A stretch of DNA of 64,000 nt from Psilocybe cubensis (Eukaryota). The stretch lies in the NCBI GenBank assembly GCA_017499595.2, contig CM039008.1:2232001-2296000 (forward strand), given 5' to 3'. Shown piece after piece: positions 26,944-40,178 of this stretch. Position numbers and translations under genes: made by a program. Under the pieces are notes generated by a model that worked only from the letters and a program-made list of their open reading frames with translations, was not told where the DNA came from and ran no database searches. How positions within the stretch are numbered: position 1 is the first letter of the stretch; the number at the start of each line of letters is the position of its first letter.

Positions 26944-27211
26944 TTCTCAAAACTCCTGCATACTTTACTTTTCACTCCGCATTTTTCGTTGAAGTAGACA
27001 CTGGGTTTTGTAATCGGCGATTAAAAGCTTTAAATTGATCTTCAAATTTTGTGCATGCCGCAGCTCAGCCGCAGTTTGGCCGCAGTTCAACCGAAGCATT
27101 TTTGACTACATACTTTGACCATATTCATCCCGCGCAGTCCATACTCACCTGGCGCAGTGAGTATATGAAGTTGTAATTTCAAAGCGTTCACCCATACACT
27201 CAAAAATTCCA

Positions 27212-28317
27212 ATGGATGATTCCGGCCTCATATTTCCTGAAACGCCCAATGTCGAATGGGATCATGTTGTAGGCTTGGACGACGCTAAAACAGCAATACA
27301 CGAAACCATTGTTTTACCATTCAAATTCCCATCCCTTTTTGCTGGTTCAAGGCTCAGTGGACCCTCCAATATTCTTTTGTATGGTCCACCAGGAACGGGA
27401 ACCACTCACATTGTTCGCGCTGCATCAACCTTGACGAACAGCACTCTCTTTCGGGTGTGCTGTACCACCTTGATCATGAACAAGACCCCACAAAGGTTAG
27501 TGGATCTACCAATGACTGGATACTTCGTAGAGAACTTTGCTTACTAGACAGTACCGATCAAGCATTCTAAAGCATGTTTTTAAATTGGCGCAGGAGTCGA
27601 CACGTGCAATTATCTTTCTCGACAAAATAGACGCCTTGTGTATAGGTTCTCAAGAAACGGATGTCAATGAGGCCTGGATAGAAAAACAGAGGAATACCAT
27701 AATGGAACTTCTTGTGTTGATGGGAAACCCTGCATTTTATAACAGATCCTCCGATAAGCAGATGGCAGTGATAGGAGCTACTAATGCTCCATGGCTCATT
27801 TCAAGACCAATTCTTCGTCGGTTTGTACAGGCAGGATTTTAAACTGCACATGCCCTGATAAAACAATCCCAGTTTTTTGAACAGGAGATATTGTCCGCTA
27901 CCGAGCGTTGACGCTCGAAAAAGAATATTGGAGATTGGTCTTGGAGACAAGGTGCCTTCAGATCTGTCCCCAGTGGATTATGACACACTTGCCCTAATGA
28001 CCAACGGACATACGGGTGCCACGATTTCACGTTTGATTAAACAAGCGCTTGCTCAGGCTTCCGAAAGGCATGCATCCTCGATTCATTTCAAAACAACCAA
28101 CGTCTCCGCAGAAGACAGCGACTTAGTGGAATGCATGCCGTGCTTTCCCGACAATTCTGGGGTTTCGGGAGTATCTGGTCCACAGATTCGACAACTTGAC
28201 GCCGTCGTTCTCCCTCCTGTCACACTCACAGATTTCTTGATTGTTTTGAACGATGCTGATGTGGGTGAAAAGATTCCCGAGTTTGACACAGAGAAATACG
28301 AACAATGGAAGGTATAG
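27212..28317 (+). CDS. Vps4-like AAA+ protein without MIT domain, with degenerate Walker motifs (pseudo-ATPase)
   Basis: PNVEWDHVVGLDDAK..ETIVLPFKFPSLF, ILLYGPPGTGTT, IIFLDKIDAL, VIGATNAPW, Vps4_C-like SIHFK...PC and EKYEQW. Two introns; the frame is intact. Confidence 0.85.
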
Positions 28318-28566
28318 GTGGGTACTTGGTTTTCTTTCAAATAACAGATTGTCGTGAATGGCTAATCGGTGTTGCTATGGTCATACAGAAAAGTTGTATA
28401 TACAGCAGTACACCCAATAAACTCATTTCCACAGCATATGGAATGTTCAATATACGGACAGACAGGTCATTTGAGAGGATATTAGCTTTGTTTTTGAAGT
28501 ATTGAATACAGTATGTCCGAGTATGTGTACGTAGCTAGTGGCAAAGATATGCTGATCTAATTCGGC

Positions 28567-30080
28567 CTAATTTACGCACTGATGATAGTAGTCTAGTTTT
28601 TGGATTATAGATTAGCGTTCATTAGTGTGAGGAATTCGATTCACACGCACCGTTGAGTACTTTGCACGTTCCCTGTGCACAAGAAGTGGCGCCACTGAAG
28701 AAAACGGGGTCAGCAAATTGGTCAGGTGAGGTTTACAGTCAGTCAGAAAAACGTACGTCCATCCGATCTATCACGCCAAACAACAATATATTAGCAATAC
28801 GTAATGAAAGAGTTCGGTGATATACTCACCCCTCCGCACTGGCCCCAGAGAGGAGACCCTCCAGGTGTTGAGGTGGGGGTGACCGTGGGCGTCGTGAAAC
28901 TTGTTGAAACACTTGTGGGACCGCCCTGGCCGGTGGATACCGTTGTTGCAGGGCTTCCGGGAACAACAGTCGGCACGGTCTTTGGTTGGTTCGCAGTGTT
29001 CCAAGTTGCAGTTGTCGGATATGGAGTAGAAGCAACGGGAGGGATGGTAGTTCCATAAGGCGTCGGGCCAGGCACTATAAAATACGATTAACTTATTAAA
29101 TCGGGAGGAACGACAAGTAAAGCTTACCAATATAGGTGCTGAGACTTTGGTGGATGTTCACCAGGATGCCAGGGTCGTTCGCACTATATGCACCGGGGAA
29201 TTTGACAGTAGGAGGCTTAGCAGATCCTGAACCTGAGACGTTGATTTGGTAGCACGATACGTAGAATTGTGCACCTCCGGGCTGGCTGGCAACATGAAGC
29301 GCTGGGAAGCCCAGTATTAAAAAATGAAAAATGATCACGGACACATAGAACCTCACCAATGACTTCGGCGCGGACGAGATAATTTCCAGGGGCGATGTCT
29401 CTGGGAACAGTGAAAGTGAAATGACCGCAGTTGTCCTAACAAATAAGAAAATTCAAAATCTGGTCTACCAATCAGAATATCAGTAGCAGTACTCACATTG
29501 AGGACTTGTGTTCCAAAGTAATTAGGGCTTCTTGACACCATTCCAAGGCCTGCAACCTTGAACCAGTTCTGACTCGAGCCGACGGCAGTAGTCGCGTCAG
29601 AAACAGCGGCCATATACACCTAGCACAATTCACTATGCTTAGAGAAGACTGTTTAGTAGAAAAAGAGAATGGCTTACTTGTACGGGTCCGAAATGGTCTC
29701 CACCAATAGCTTCGCTGTTGCACGAACGATCTCCGGGTTGTTGGTGCATTTCGACAGTCAATTGATCACCAGCTGTGGTGGAATCTTAGTACGCGCCATT
29801 CACATACCCAAAATCATACAAACGTACCGTTGACCGGGCATACGCCTCTGCTTGATCCAGCTACATTGCAAGCGATGTCCTAGGATTTTTTAGAATAATT
29901 TCACGGCTAAAGAATTAAAGAAATACGTACGCTACCAGTAACACTCGTGATGGGGCTGTTGCTGTTGGGAAGGCGGACACATGAGGAACCAGCGTCAACG
30001 TTGTTGATCCACAGCTGCTGGAATGTGGCATGCGCAGCTGCACTTGCAATAAAAGCAGCAGTTGTTAAGGCGTAGCGCAT
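28567..30080 (-). CDS. AA9 lytic polysaccharide monooxygenase with C-terminal CBM1
   Basis: Signal [16 protein letters not shown] then His1 (HATFQQLW), [31 protein letters not shown], Thr/Pro linker, CBM1 [32 protein letters not shown]-stop. Confidence 0.95.
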
Positions 30081-30543
30081 TTCGAAAGGAAGGATGAAGG
30101 CAAAAACGGCTGAAGATTAAAGGGGCTGCAACCTGGCTTTTATATGCCTCAAAAAATAATCGTTCTCTTCGGAAGATGGAGAGCAATATCGGAGAAAGTG
30201 GGCAATTGGTGAGGGATTTCATTTGCCAAGACAATGTGTAGAAATCCCCCAGGCATCCCAATTCCTCAAACGTCTCATCCAAGGTCCGTCGCGACCAGGA
30301 ATGCCGAGAATAAGCTACAGAAGCCAGAATGACGTTTGCCGTGTGCAAATGGACCTCCAGTGACAATTTTTGGCGGTGTGGACTTGCATCAATTCGGGAA
30401 AATACAATGGCTCTTGTGACCAATGGTTGAGATAGGTCAATAACAAATCTCGGAAAAAAGCCTCGCTAATACTCCCATCGGATGGACCTTATGCAACTTT
30501 ATGGCCTCGTATGGTGGTCGATACGAAAGGTCGTAATGTTATA

Positions 30544-31274
30544 CAGTTGAACCCCTCTTAACCCATACCTCTCAAAACCCATAACCCCTGGTAACCCATA
30601 GCATCAGCTGTCCACCAACTTGGTTCGCAGGGAATTGCACACCATAACCCATAAGTCCGCAATAACCCATAACCCATAACCCTTCGCTCTCAAAACCCAT
30701 AGGTTTTACCTACCATATATAGGCTGGGACCTTTACTTTTGTGTCAAAATTTAGTACGCCGGTGGCTTATTTGGGTAATGTACCACTGAAACCTCCTCGT
30801 AGCTACAAAAAATGAAAGAAATTCGCCGGTGGCTCAACTAGTGTTGCCGCCAGAGCGCAGTCACTCTGCAGTGACTGTGACTGCACTCTGTTTTTTCATT
30901 CTCCGACACACTTCACAGCGCAACAAAGTCGCAGTGAAGTACTCTGTTCTTACCAAATACATCAGCGACATGGACAATCGTACTGTCCGTACAATTGAAA
31001 CACTTTTGGACTCATTAAATAGAAAACTGCACCTTGAAGAGCCAGAACAATGAAAGATACTGTAGTAACTGATTATTTTAGATCATAGCTAGTAGTACCT
31101 TAAATGTATCTAATTGGTATCCGTCTTATCATCGAGGAATTTTTTGTGTATTTTTAACGATTTTTTCGCGAATTTTCAGGCCTGTTTTTAGCATACCTCC
31201 TGAAACCCATAACCCCTGATAACCCATACCCTGAGCCGTCCACCGAGAGGTATGGGTTAAGAGGGGTTCAACTG
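30544..31274. mobile_element. pogo/Tigger-type MITE (internally deleted Tc1/mariner element), 731 bp
   Basis: 30-bp perfect TIR CAGTTGAACCCCTCTTAACCCATACCTCTC, TA TSD (30542-30543, 31275-31276), repeated AACCCATA subterminal motifs, residual C-terminal peptide ...KDTVVTDYFRS-stop. Confidence 0.92.
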
Positions 31275-32216
31275 TAGTGTGACTTCACCCAACCAGCCAG
31301 TACCATCGGATGTAATTCAGACTCGCCAAGAGATTGTCCCCCGCGGTAGAATTATCTTGTGGGGGTGGGGTAGAACCTGGTAAAACCTGTCAAGAAATAC
31401 AGTTAGTCAGTCGGCTCTTCATCCAAGTAAATACAGCGGTACTGCAAAACAATGGTACGCGCAACAGTTTTGGCTTAACGGTATAAACGAAATGATACGA
31501 TTGTACGCCCACCCGCTGTCTTAACGTTGAAATGTCCCAATGTTCATAGCCGACGTCGAATCATAACGCGTGGAGCGTAATAAAATCATGACTTCTATTC
31601 GAAAAGTCCAATCCTAGAAGTATACCGATATTAAGCGCCCGTGTGGTTGAGGTTTCTGTTAGACTAGCGTGTGAGTTAAATTGGGGAGCCGTGGCATCTA
31701 CAGGGGAAACTGATTTGTGAGTCTGTGACATTCAAAAATCTTGAACGGTTTTGCTTCGTATTTGAAAAATCGTCTAAACAGAGAATAGATTAAAGAAGTT
31801 TCATGCTTTTATTTTCAGCAGAATGCCAAAATGGCATAAAACCCACCAATATAAAACAAGTAAGGAACTCAGGAGCGATTCGGAGAGGTTCGGAAAAACT
31901 CAACCGTGTCGGTGAGTCGATGGTAGCCCAAACGTTTGGCAGTGTTTGTCATAGCCTTCCAAGTCATGTGACCAGTAGGACAACCCAACGAAAAGACGCC
32001 GCTAACAGCTGCCATCTCACCGCCGTCCCGCACAATGAGCAGCAGGTATATGCTACTGCTCGCTCCTGTTAACTCTGCCAATATGCTCGACGTCACCCAC
32101 GATTTTACATCTTCCGCGCCACGCGAAGAGCCCTGGTCATCCCGTCGTCTCCGTTGCTCTCTATAAAGAACGCATGCTCTCGTCCCCACCGCGTCCACCA
32201 CCACACACGAAGAACG

Positions 32217-32383
32217 ATGAACGTGAACGGATGCGCTATCGGAATAGGTGAGTTAGTGTTTAGTTCGTCTTCGGCGGGTGTTAACTCACCACGGGCGGAG
32301 CAGTGTTGGTGCTGCTCCTTGTTTTGATTCTTGCTGCCGTCTCCCTCGCACTGCAGCCTCTGCATCCCTTTCCATTGATATAG
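32217..32383 (+). CDS. Candidate 36-aa single-pass membrane microprotein, MNVNGCAIGIVLVLLLVLILAAVSLALQPLHPFPLI
   Basis: TATAAA at 32162, ATG at 32217, 56-nt GTGAGT...CAG intron (32248-32303), spliced frame giving a ~20-residue hydrophobic helix, TAG at 32381-32383. No homology known to me. Confidence 0.55.
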
Positions 32384-32734
32384 GATGAACAGTGCCTCCG
32401 CTTCCGACTCTGCACCCGATGGATTAGCAGCTCTATCTTCTGTTTGTCTCATCTGCCACCCCATATGTCTTGTTGCGTTTCTTTTCACCATCGTTGTCCA
32501 CGAGCATCATTCGCTCGCCATCAACACCATATTTGCTCTGTTCAAATCTCTGCCACTACTTGCTGGCGAGGGCGACTTCGAAATCTGCTTACAAGAGATT
32601 ATACAGCGATGGCAATGAATTGTGATGGATCGATCGATGTCTTTTCCAAAGTTTTTCAAAGAAGTAATTACTGTTAATCAATCCCTGCCCTATTTCCTAA
32701 GTATTGTTACAAACTCTATTTGCGGCATTGACTC

Positions 32735-34864
32735 CTACAGAAGCTGAAGATTATAAGCAGAAGCAAACTTTCGGAACTCATTTATGGCGTCCCCCCCTTC
32801 CTCCCAAGTTTTGGCGAATGCTTCCTTTACTTTAAGGGCATTTTCCCTGAGCAACGCCCCCTTTTCACCTCGACATGAATCTATGACCTCTCTTATTTCC
32901 TCACCAACTGCTTCCCTTGTTCCCTTTGGGCCATGTCCGAGTCTTAGAAGAGGTTTGAAGCCTTTTTCACCAGTTCTTACTTCTATGAGCTCAATTGCCA
33001 CTTGTAAGTTCTTTGACAATACAGCGGCAGATGCTGGCTGATCAGCCTCAAACGGCCAGCATATCCTGTGCACTCGAATGAGTATAAAATACCTCTAACA
33101 GCGAATTGCGTACAGTGGTATGCCGCATCCCAAGCTTTCCATGACGCTGTTCTGCCCACCATGGGTAATGAACCACCCGGTAGCCTAATACAGTGATTAG
33201 AGACGAAAAAAGCACCTGAAAACACTCACTTTGTGGCTCAAGATATATTGTTGTGGGATCCACCGCGAGATAAGTCCGAGGTCAGAGTCTTTGATCTTCT
33301 GGAGTATATTGTCTGACATTGAAGCAAACATGGACGCGTAGCAAATGATCTATGGTAGAAAAATGTGTCAGAGTTCTGCAACGGACGTCCAGGATGTATA
33401 CTAACAAATGGAGCTTTCTTTTCAATGAACGCTTCAAGGACTTCTTCAATGTAGTCCTGTTCTTTCGGCCAGAATACGGTGCCGAAGGATATCTTAGTGG
33501 TGTTTAGACAGTAATAAATCGAAGACAACAAATAAACGCTCACCAAGGTCACTGATTTTTCGCCATGCTCCACTAGTGCTTTGTCGAGGAACTCGCTGAC
33601 CTCGGATGATCCCCTGTCGCTTTGTCGCATGGTCCCGTATCCCGTTGGTAAGAGAGGACCAATGACATAAACCTCTTTGTTCCACTCCTTGTACCACGAC
33701 CTCGCTGCATCCAACGTAATCGGCTCAAGACTGTACGTGGAGGTCAGGAAAATACTATCGGCTTCCTTCATCCCTCTTTTCTAGGTGAGTTAGACTAACG
33801 GAGACAGGTCACTACGCATCACTCACGCTTGTCCCCATTTTATAACCTCTGCAAATGGAAGATCGAACGCAAGCTGAACCGTGAGTAACAATCAGTTTCA
33901 ATCAAGATTAAGAGTTATCGACGTCGTTGGGCGCTTACCGCTTGCGGGAAGAACTCCCAGTCATACATGTCAGGCACTCCTGGTATGCTGACCACCTTGC
34001 CTATCGATATTTTCGCAAAACTATAAAGCTAGTTCATGATGCAGCGTATTAGTATTTCCTGAGGGAAGGGGAATAAATACCACTTTACCCTTTCCTCTAC
34101 TTCGTGTACTGGAGCGCCCGTACGGGCTACCTCTTCTTGGACCTTTTTGGCAATATCACCACCTCCGCCAAACCTCTCTGGCCCCCAAAATCTTATAAGA
34201 GTGCCCATATGTCCGGAAATCCATGCAACAATTGGAACGGAGGGCCCGGTGATGGATCGTGTCACCAGCATCAGCGGGTGAGCAAAGAACTACCCAAATA
34301 AAAATTTAATCAACAGATTTATGAAAAAGTGAACACTCACGTCAATGACGCTGAGCTTTGGCGGCGGGACTGCTTCGAATGATTTGCCTGTTGTAGCGCA
34401 AGAAACAGGTTTACCGTCTACAACAGCTTGGTAAACCCGTCCGTAGTTTTCGGTAATCAAAGGCATAAGGTCAAATGGGTTCTCTGTATCAGATTTGAAA
34501 GGGGCTAATACCCTGCAGCAGAAACGTGAGCCGATAAATAGACCCAGACTTTACTATTTTAAGTATAAAGACATACCTGAGTCGCGAGCGCGCACTTTCA
34601 CTGGCGGTATCGCGGAACTCTGCAGAGATTTCTGCGTGGGCCTTCTTCAAGAAAGGTGGGACAAGTATCATGGTCACCACAACGTTCTCGTTTGCCTGAA
34701 CGAGGCGAGCTGCAAGTATGCAGAATGGCCTGACGTGACCTAGATTGGTGGAAGAATGAGTATGAGTGACTGGCTTGTGCACAGTTGAACCAAAGTTACT
34801 CACCCCAAGCAGCGAACGCAGTGAAGACAATGTGTGTTGCTTCAGTGATGTTTGATATAGCCAT
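32735..34864 (-). CDS. UDP-glycosyltransferase (GT1 family), copy 2
   Basis: FAAWG|HVRPFC, IPGVPDMYDWE, YVIGPLLP, ISFGTVFWP, THGGQNSVMES, WPFEADQP. Confidence 0.93.
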
Positions 34865-35638
34865 GATAATCAGGCGAGTGCAAGTGAGGTTCCCCGCTTC
34901 CAATTCTCAATCCAATTTATACCATCGTAGAGCAATGCTGCACGTCCCTTATTCATGTTGATCCCATCGTATAAGCATCATTTGTCTGCGACATCACGGT
35001 GAGAAATAGATTGATAAACAGTTGTCTATTTACGGAGAAACGTCATCTTAATTGCTTGATGTACGAAGGTAGCCTGCGTGTGCTTGTGCCAGTGGTGGTT
35101 GTTAGATCTATGCTTCTGTTGTCATTCTATCGACATTGGCTTCGAAAGGGCATTTAAGGATGCGCATGAAAAAGGGTTAGTAAAGGAGGCGTGTTGGATG
35201 CAAGATGCGACGTTTATGTTAAGCATAGAAGATCTCTTCAATATCAATCGAAGGCTGTGGATGATGAATGAAAAAATAATGAAGCGGGCCGAGGCTGTAG
35301 TTACCAACTTGAGGATTATTATCACACCTATCGTAATTTCTTTGAGTCAGCTAAACGACCATGCATGTGGATTGCGAGGTTGGTGCAATTTTGGAGATAT
35401 ATCTGGGCGCTCGTAATTAATGGATTGCTTGCTTCTCGACATTTGATAAGTTCAGATTACATGTTTTTCATCCTTACACGATATTCTAAAATACATATTG
35501 GGGTGTTTTCAATGATTCATGGTGTAAAGAACTATATAATGAGCGGTGTGAAAATAAAAAGAAAGCTAATGGCATAAATAGTAGAACACGACTATGGCAC
35601 AAAATAGGTCTGTAGGCTCACTTGCACTGATACCCCTC

Positions 35639-37237
35639 CTAAAGGATGGCCCCACTTGTAATCGGATTGCTAGAGGTATTCTTCGAGGCCCTTCCACCAT
35701 CTGATACCGCAGCCTTTACGTTTTGGGCATAATCAATGTTGAAGGCATCGTTTGGGCTCCCAAGTCCAGCAGCTTTGTCTCCGAAAAAATATGTTGAATT
35801 GCTTTTACTTTCAGCGATGGCCCGCAGTTGTTCCAACCGCTTGAGTTCAACGAGCGTAGCGAGCGCCAGTTTTCGGTGTTCGCTTGTCACCTCGTCGGGG
35901 TTGGAATTAGGCGCCAGCGAGCGAGCAATGTTTTCGACTTGTTGAGAAAGTGCTGACGCTTCCATCAAGGCTTGCTGTTGTCTGTTGAAGGTTTCGTTGG
36001 TACTCCGCTATGCAAAATAACAAATAGAGTGCCATACCTCGCCTCTGCCTCTCTAAAAACTGTCTTGTACTTTGCATCCGCTTCATTCGATTTCGCTTCA
36101 AGCTGAAGGCAAGCATTAGCTATTGAAAATCAATAAGACTTAGAAACATTACGCACGTGTCCTTCACTCTCCAAAATGACCCGTTGTTTCTGCCCTTCTG
36201 CAATGTTTATTTGGGCTTGAGTATCTAGAAGCTGTTTGCGACGGTTACGTTCTGCTTCCATTTGTAACTCGAGTTGTCGCTGCAAGTAATCAAAGTGAGG
36301 CCCCGTCAATGTCTGCAAATTTGACAATATATAAGACAGTGAGTCACTTACCTCTACTTCGCGATTTGCGGGTTGGAATGACTGCACTTCAAATCTGGTG
36401 CATTCTACGCCCCAGTTCTGCACAGTTCTGCAATTAAATTAATGTTGAAATGAGAAATGGTATATCTCACCGAAATTGAGTTGCCTATCGTCACATTGAG
36501 CTTCCTGTTCAGCTCGTTTCTGTCCGCGATCACTTGGTCATATGTAAATGAGCCTAGAACACTTCTCATGGCTGATGTCCCGATGTTTTGTACATTCTTC
36601 TCGACCTCAGAGACTTCAAAGCAAGCCTGTTGGGTTGAGGGATGGCAGGACGCCAGTCAGGTTCACCTTGTCATGTGACCGAGCCCTCGTATAGGGGCTA
36701 TGAAAAAAATGCAACTCACCTTATAACTGTCGTTGATGCGATAGAAGAGGGAGCCGGAACACAATACAGGAACCTATTATCGAGAAATGTAAGTACATTT
36801 ATCCCTAGCGTCCCCAAATTGGCTCACATTGTCGGCTGTATACCCAGGAAGCTGGGATGTTAACCTTGAGTGAGTATTTCCCTTGCACAGTAAACAAGTG
36901 AGTACGTGATATACTCACATTCGGGATGTTGACAGACGATTCACGTATATCCAACACGGTCAATGTGTGATATAACGGTATCTTAATGTTCAACCCTGGC
37001 GTCAGCTTAACTGGATCCCTACCAAGGCTATTGTGATGATGGGTAAGTCTGTTGAACTAGAAACAAGCTGAATACCAACCTCAAACGCCAGCCCTCGTGT
37101 CCTTGCTGAATAACTGTCAAGAACCCCCTTCTTGTTAGCTGCCTTGACGGTATCCGTATTTTCTCCAAGTTGCTACCCACTGGACGGCATACAAGTCGTG
37201 CGGTCGTAAAGGTCCGTGAGATAGTTGAGATTGTCAT
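35639..37237 (-). CDS. SPFH/band-7 stomatin-like protein, probably mitochondrial (SLP-2-like)
   Basis: Arg-rich, acid-poor presequence; VIQQGHEGWRL; YTADNV; TSAMRSVLG; NWGVECTRFEVQ; LQMEAERNRRKQLLDTQAQINIAEGQKQRVILESEG. Confidence 0.9.
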
Positions 37238-38007
37238 GAAGGAAGGAGTTTCAAGTGGTTGTGGTATGTGGGTGAGTGCAGAATTGCCGCATATCTGTCA
37301 AACTTATACGTCCATAAAACGTTGTCAGGCCGGCCGAAGAGACGCGTCGACAAACGCCACTTCACCCGGCCCGGTCATACCGTAAGGTTGAATCAATAAC
37401 GTGCGGACAAACGCGACTGACGCCGGAGCTCAGGCAGCCATGGCTTGGATCCAAAGCAAGGGTTTAACTCTTTTCCTGCTCGTACTTACTGTATAATGAT
37501 ACCATCAAATCAAACAAGTTAGTGCTTTACAATCTCATTGCAATGATCTCCCTTTCACTCTACAGTCACTCTTCGTCTTGCAGAAAGAAAGTAACTTCGT
37601 TTCCTGGGCCTCAGCATGAAGAATCATGACAGCATTTAGAATAATGATATCAGGAAAGTGCGGAGAATTTATCCAAATGGGTTTGTTTTCTTTTTTTATC
37701 AGCCGGGTGCGAATGGGCGCTAATTGATTCGAATACCCAAGCTGCAACTACAAGCCTCCGGTTTACGTTTCCGAAGATCATTTAACTGGTGCATAAGACA
37801 TTTTGGCATGGAAGGAGTAGGCGCCATACGATCCTTGTCCCTGACTACTCGGCTAACAATCTGATTATCCGTTAACATCTCTAGTACGTTAATTTTCACA
37901 CAAGATCACTACTTTGGTACAAAAAATGAATCTGCTGATTAATCGTATAGAAGACCTGCATATAAACTGGCTTTCAATCTTCTTCAGTTGGTCAAAGAAC
38001 AGGAAAC

Positions 38008-40178
38008 ATGGCCTCGCCTACAGACTTCTCTTCTTCTCATATCTTATTCTCTGCAGCTCCAGCATGGGGTACGACGTCTGTCACCTGATCTGTATTGCGA
38101 GTGGACACTAATCAGTTACATAATCATGCTTTACTAGGTCATGTCAGGCCATTTTGCGTTCTCGCTGCGCGTCTTGTTAAAGAGAATAACACTGTGGTTA
38201 CAACTTTGCTACTCTCCCCGAATTTGTTAAAGAACGCGAAAGCAGAGATTGATTCCGAGTTTCGGGGGCAAGAGACTCAAAGTAGCCGCCAACGCGTCAG
38301 GTAAGGTCTTGATATGATCATCTCTGTCAGGAGATATCTCAAGTTTTATTCTCAGAGTGCTCTCAGCTTATGCGTCGGATGCCGAGGACCCATTCAGTCT
38401 CATTGCTCCTCTCATACAAACATATCCGGCAGTCTATCAATCCCTCGTTGAGAGCAAGTCTGTATCCTGCTCTGTCACAGGAACAGTGTTTAATCCGGTA
38501 TCTCCTCCTAATGCGGTCGTACTTGATGTGCATAAGTATTACGTTTTATAGATTTTATATGACACTCATATGTCACATATTGCGTATTCAGTTTTTTTGC
38601 CATCCACAAATGCTGGCGACGCGAGCTATCACTGGGAATTCTGTCCCGATAATCTCATGGTTTACCGGCCACGTAGCGACAGGAATTCGATTCTGGGGTC
38701 CGAAGACTCTTGGAGGATATGGCGATATTGAGAAGCAGGTGGACGAAGAGGCAGCTCGTACAGGAAGGTCACCCAAAGAAATATCCGACGAAGTAAGTCT
38801 CTTTTAACATAAATTGATATTTTTGGCCAACTACGCCTGAACCAGCTTTATAACTTCCCCAAACGAGCAAACGGAGAGATCGTTAGAGTACCAGGTGTAC
38901 CTGAGATGTACGACTGGGAATATTTCCCTCAGAATGTACGAATCAAAACATCTAAACTAGTATATCTTATACATCTAATATCACATAAAACAGCTTCCGT
39001 TCGAGATGCCATTCGGAGAATTTATGAAAATCGCGGTCAAGTAAGCAATTCATCGATTTGCATCTCTCCTTTTGTGTGCGACTCATCAAAACCACTTTGA
39101 TACAACAGCGGACTTAGGGAAGCTGATGCATGCTTTGTGACATCTTCATACCTATTTGAAGCCGACTCAATCAACGCGCTGAAGACTTATTTTTCGGAAC
39201 TTAAGCAAGATGTATTCGTTATTGGGCCTTTACTACCCTCTGGGTATGGAATAGTATCCGAAAGTGCTCGAGGATCTAGAGAAACGCAGGAATTCCTTGA
39301 TAAAACACAGCTGCGGTTCGGTGAACGATCTGTAACTCTTGTAAGTCAAACAATGTTTGAATCTCGTCTATTTCTTAGTAGAGACACGCAGATTTCATTT
39401 GGAACCGTCTTCTGGCCCACCGTACAAGGTTACATCGAGGAGGTCATTGAAGCATTTATCGAAAAAAATGCACCCTTTGTAAGCTCCAGCTGCATTGTCG
39501 ATGTAATGTTCACCAATCTTACATAAATTTAACTTTAGATTCTATGCTATGCTTCACCCTTTGCTAACATATCAGAGAATTTGAAACAAAGGATAGCTCG
39601 GTGCGGTCTAGGCTTGATTTCGAAATGGTTGCCCCAGCAATACATACTAAATCATCCGGTCAGTCGTATGCATGTGTGCAAAAAAGGTCACTAGCTAACA
39701 CAGCTCTGGAATTACAGGCGACTGGATGGTTTATGACCCACGGCGGACACAACAGTGTCTTGGAAAGCTTAGGGAGTGGCATCCCCATGTACGTATACAT
39801 TTCAGCATTCCGAATGCCATTCCGTACGGCTAATCGCTTATTGCAAGGATTTGTTGGCCTTTTGAAGCCGACCAGCCAGCCGGAGCTGCCCATATGTCCA
39901 TCAATCTCAAGGTCGCCTTCGAGTTGATTGAAGTTAGGACAGGTCCCAATGGTATGAAACCCCTATTGAGATCAGGCCACAAAGCCAGTGGAACTCGGGA
40001 AGCTGTCGGTGTGGAGATCAGACGGGTTATAGATTTGTGCCGTGGGGATCAAGGGAAGGAGCTACGACAAAACGCTATGGAACTAAAGACAGAACTATCG
40101 AAGTCATGGGACGAAAATGGAATCAGCAAAAAAGAAATGAAAAGGTTCGCGGAGACGTATAACCTACATTTATTCTAG
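38008..40178 (+). CDS. UDP-glycosyltransferase (GT1 family), copy 3
   Basis: AAPAWG|HVRPFC, VPGVPEMYDWE, FVIGPLLP, ISFGTVFWP, WLPQQYILNHP, THGGHNSVLES, WPFEADQP. Confidence 0.93.
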
